Below, piece after piece: positions 63,135 to 64,000 of a DNA stretch of 64,000 nt (position 1 is the stretch's first letter; every line of letters begins with the position of its first letter). The notes beneath the pieces were generated by a model that saw nothing but the letters and a program-made list of their open reading frames with translations, ran no database searches and had not been told where the DNA came from. The DNA is from an uncultured Gammaproteobacteria bacterium (GTDB taxonomy: Bacteria; Patescibacteriota; Patescibacteriia; UBA9934), in NCBI GenBank assembly GCA_964613815.1, contig CAZTKG010000001.1:72895-136894 (forward strand), in the 5' to 3' direction. The position numbers and the translations under genes were made by a program.

Positions 63135-64000
63135 TTAGATTTTTGGTTTTTTTGGAATACTCACCCAAAATGTCGATCCGTCGTTTATTTTTGATGAAAA
63201 TCCAATTTCTCCTCCCATTTCTTTTGTGAGCATCTTTGCGGTATATAGCCCCAGGCCGGTCCCATCAAGTCCTTTTTCTATTATCTTGTCGCCACGAAAG
63301 AATTTTGAAAATATTTTTTCTTTGTCCTTTTCATCGATGCCTATTCCACTGTCTTTTACGCGTAATGTAAAATTAGTACTGTTGTCTTCGCATATAATAT
63401 TCACCTCGCCTTTTTCGGGCGTGTATTTAACGGCATTTGTTACAAGATTCATGTAGACTTCGCGAAGCATGTCTGTGTCCACCTCTATCGATGCAAATGA
63501 CTTATCTGTATTGTTTTGTATTGTAATTTTCAATTTCTTTTCTTGTATTTCACGTTCTAAAACTCCGAGAATGTTTTTTAGTAGCTTTACGGGGCGCGTT
63601 GGCCTTGGATCATTTTTTACTTTTCCAGATTCAATACGTGAAACGTTCAAGAATCCATCAACCAGGTAATTTAATTGCTTGGCAGATATATTCATTCGCT
63701 TAATGAACTCGGTTTGTTTTTTGTTTAGATCACCTAATTCTCCTTTTTCCATGAGTTGGCCATACCAGAGTAAAGACGCGAGAGGGCCTCGCAGTTGATG
63801 GGAAGCAATTGAGATGAATTCCGTCTTCATTTTATCCATCTGCTGTTCTTTTGTGATATCTCTGAAGGTCACGACTGCCCCGATCATTGCTTGATCTAGG
63901 AGAATGGGGGAAACACTCACGAGTACCGGGTAGTATTCTCCCGCCCTATCTTGCAACGTGTATTTTGCCGGCAACAGAGGAGCCTTTGTGCGTAATGTTA
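63135..64000 (-). CDS. Sensor histidine kinase (HisKA + HATPase_c), N-terminus beyond the window
   Basis: H-box FISIASHQLRGPL. N/G1/G2 boxes (NLVTNAVKYT, DSGIGI, GTGLGL). An upstream PAS-like segment continues past 64000. Confidence 0.8.
   Translation of the reverse strand, partial: TLRTKAPLLPAKYTLQDRAGEYYPVLVSVSPILLDQAMIGAVVTFRDITKEQQMDKMKTEFISIASHQLRGPLASLLWYGQLMEKGELGDLNKKQTEFIKRMNISAKQLNYLVDGFLNVSRIESGKVKNDPRPTRPVKLLKNILGVLEREIQEKKLKITIQNNTDKSFASIEVDTDMLREVYMNLVTNAVKYTPEKGEVNIICEDNSTNFTLRVKDSGIGIDEKDKEKIFSKFFRGDKIIEKGLDGTGLGLYTAKMLTKEMGGEIGFSSKINDGSTFWVSIPKKPKI

Overview
This 64-kb window is chromosomal DNA from a roughly 45-48% GC bacterium. The small-genome gene content and an intron-bearing tRNA are compatible with an uncultivated, CPR-like lineage, but I cannot assign a lineage from sequence alone.

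The core genes are ordinary housekeeping and stress genes. An F-type ATP synthase operon (atpI-like, atpB, atpE, atpF, atpH, partial atpA) sits at the left edge. It is followed by TatD, CvpA, MetRS, RsmI, Fe/Mn SOD, two peroxiredoxins, leucyl aminopeptidase, MscS, HtrA, a MutY-like glycosylase, a DEAD-box helicase, HIT, TruB, TrhO, ABC-F, a ZIP transporter with a Fur-family regulator, GreA, an M23 peptidase, a SpoU methyltransferase and an RRM protein. The right end holds a glycan-assembly cluster (sulfotransferase, GT2, polyprenyl-phosphate sugar transferase, O-antigen-ligase-like protein) and a two-component pair.

Several accessory or unusual elements sit among the core genes:
- A tRNA-Asn(GUU) gene at 36111-36709 is split by a ~524-nt group I intron carrying a frameshifted HNH homing endonuclease.
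- A family of nested-palindromic dispersed repeats (core GATCTCTCCACAAGGTCGAGATGGG) occurs at least 7 times.
- Several roughly 58% GC islands stand out from the host. The largest (41.1-47.6 kb) encodes five all-helical hypothetical proteins, three of them paralogous, and is bracketed by an exact 63-bp direct repeat.
- A smaller GC-rich island (26.5-27.6 kb) has its own promoter, a 650-nt structured leader and a DUF1874 (AcrIII-1/Crn2 ring-nuclease-like) gene.
- An operon links a stand-alone PEP-utilising phosphohistidine swivel domain, a histidine phosphatase and an unknown 354-aa protein.
- There is a minimal ExbB/ExbD-like operon with two tiny membrane proteins, a tandem pair of paralogous acidic coiled-coil proteins, and a terminator-bounded Cys-rich 63-aa peptide gene.

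No CRISPR array, no rRNA and no intact transposase were seen.
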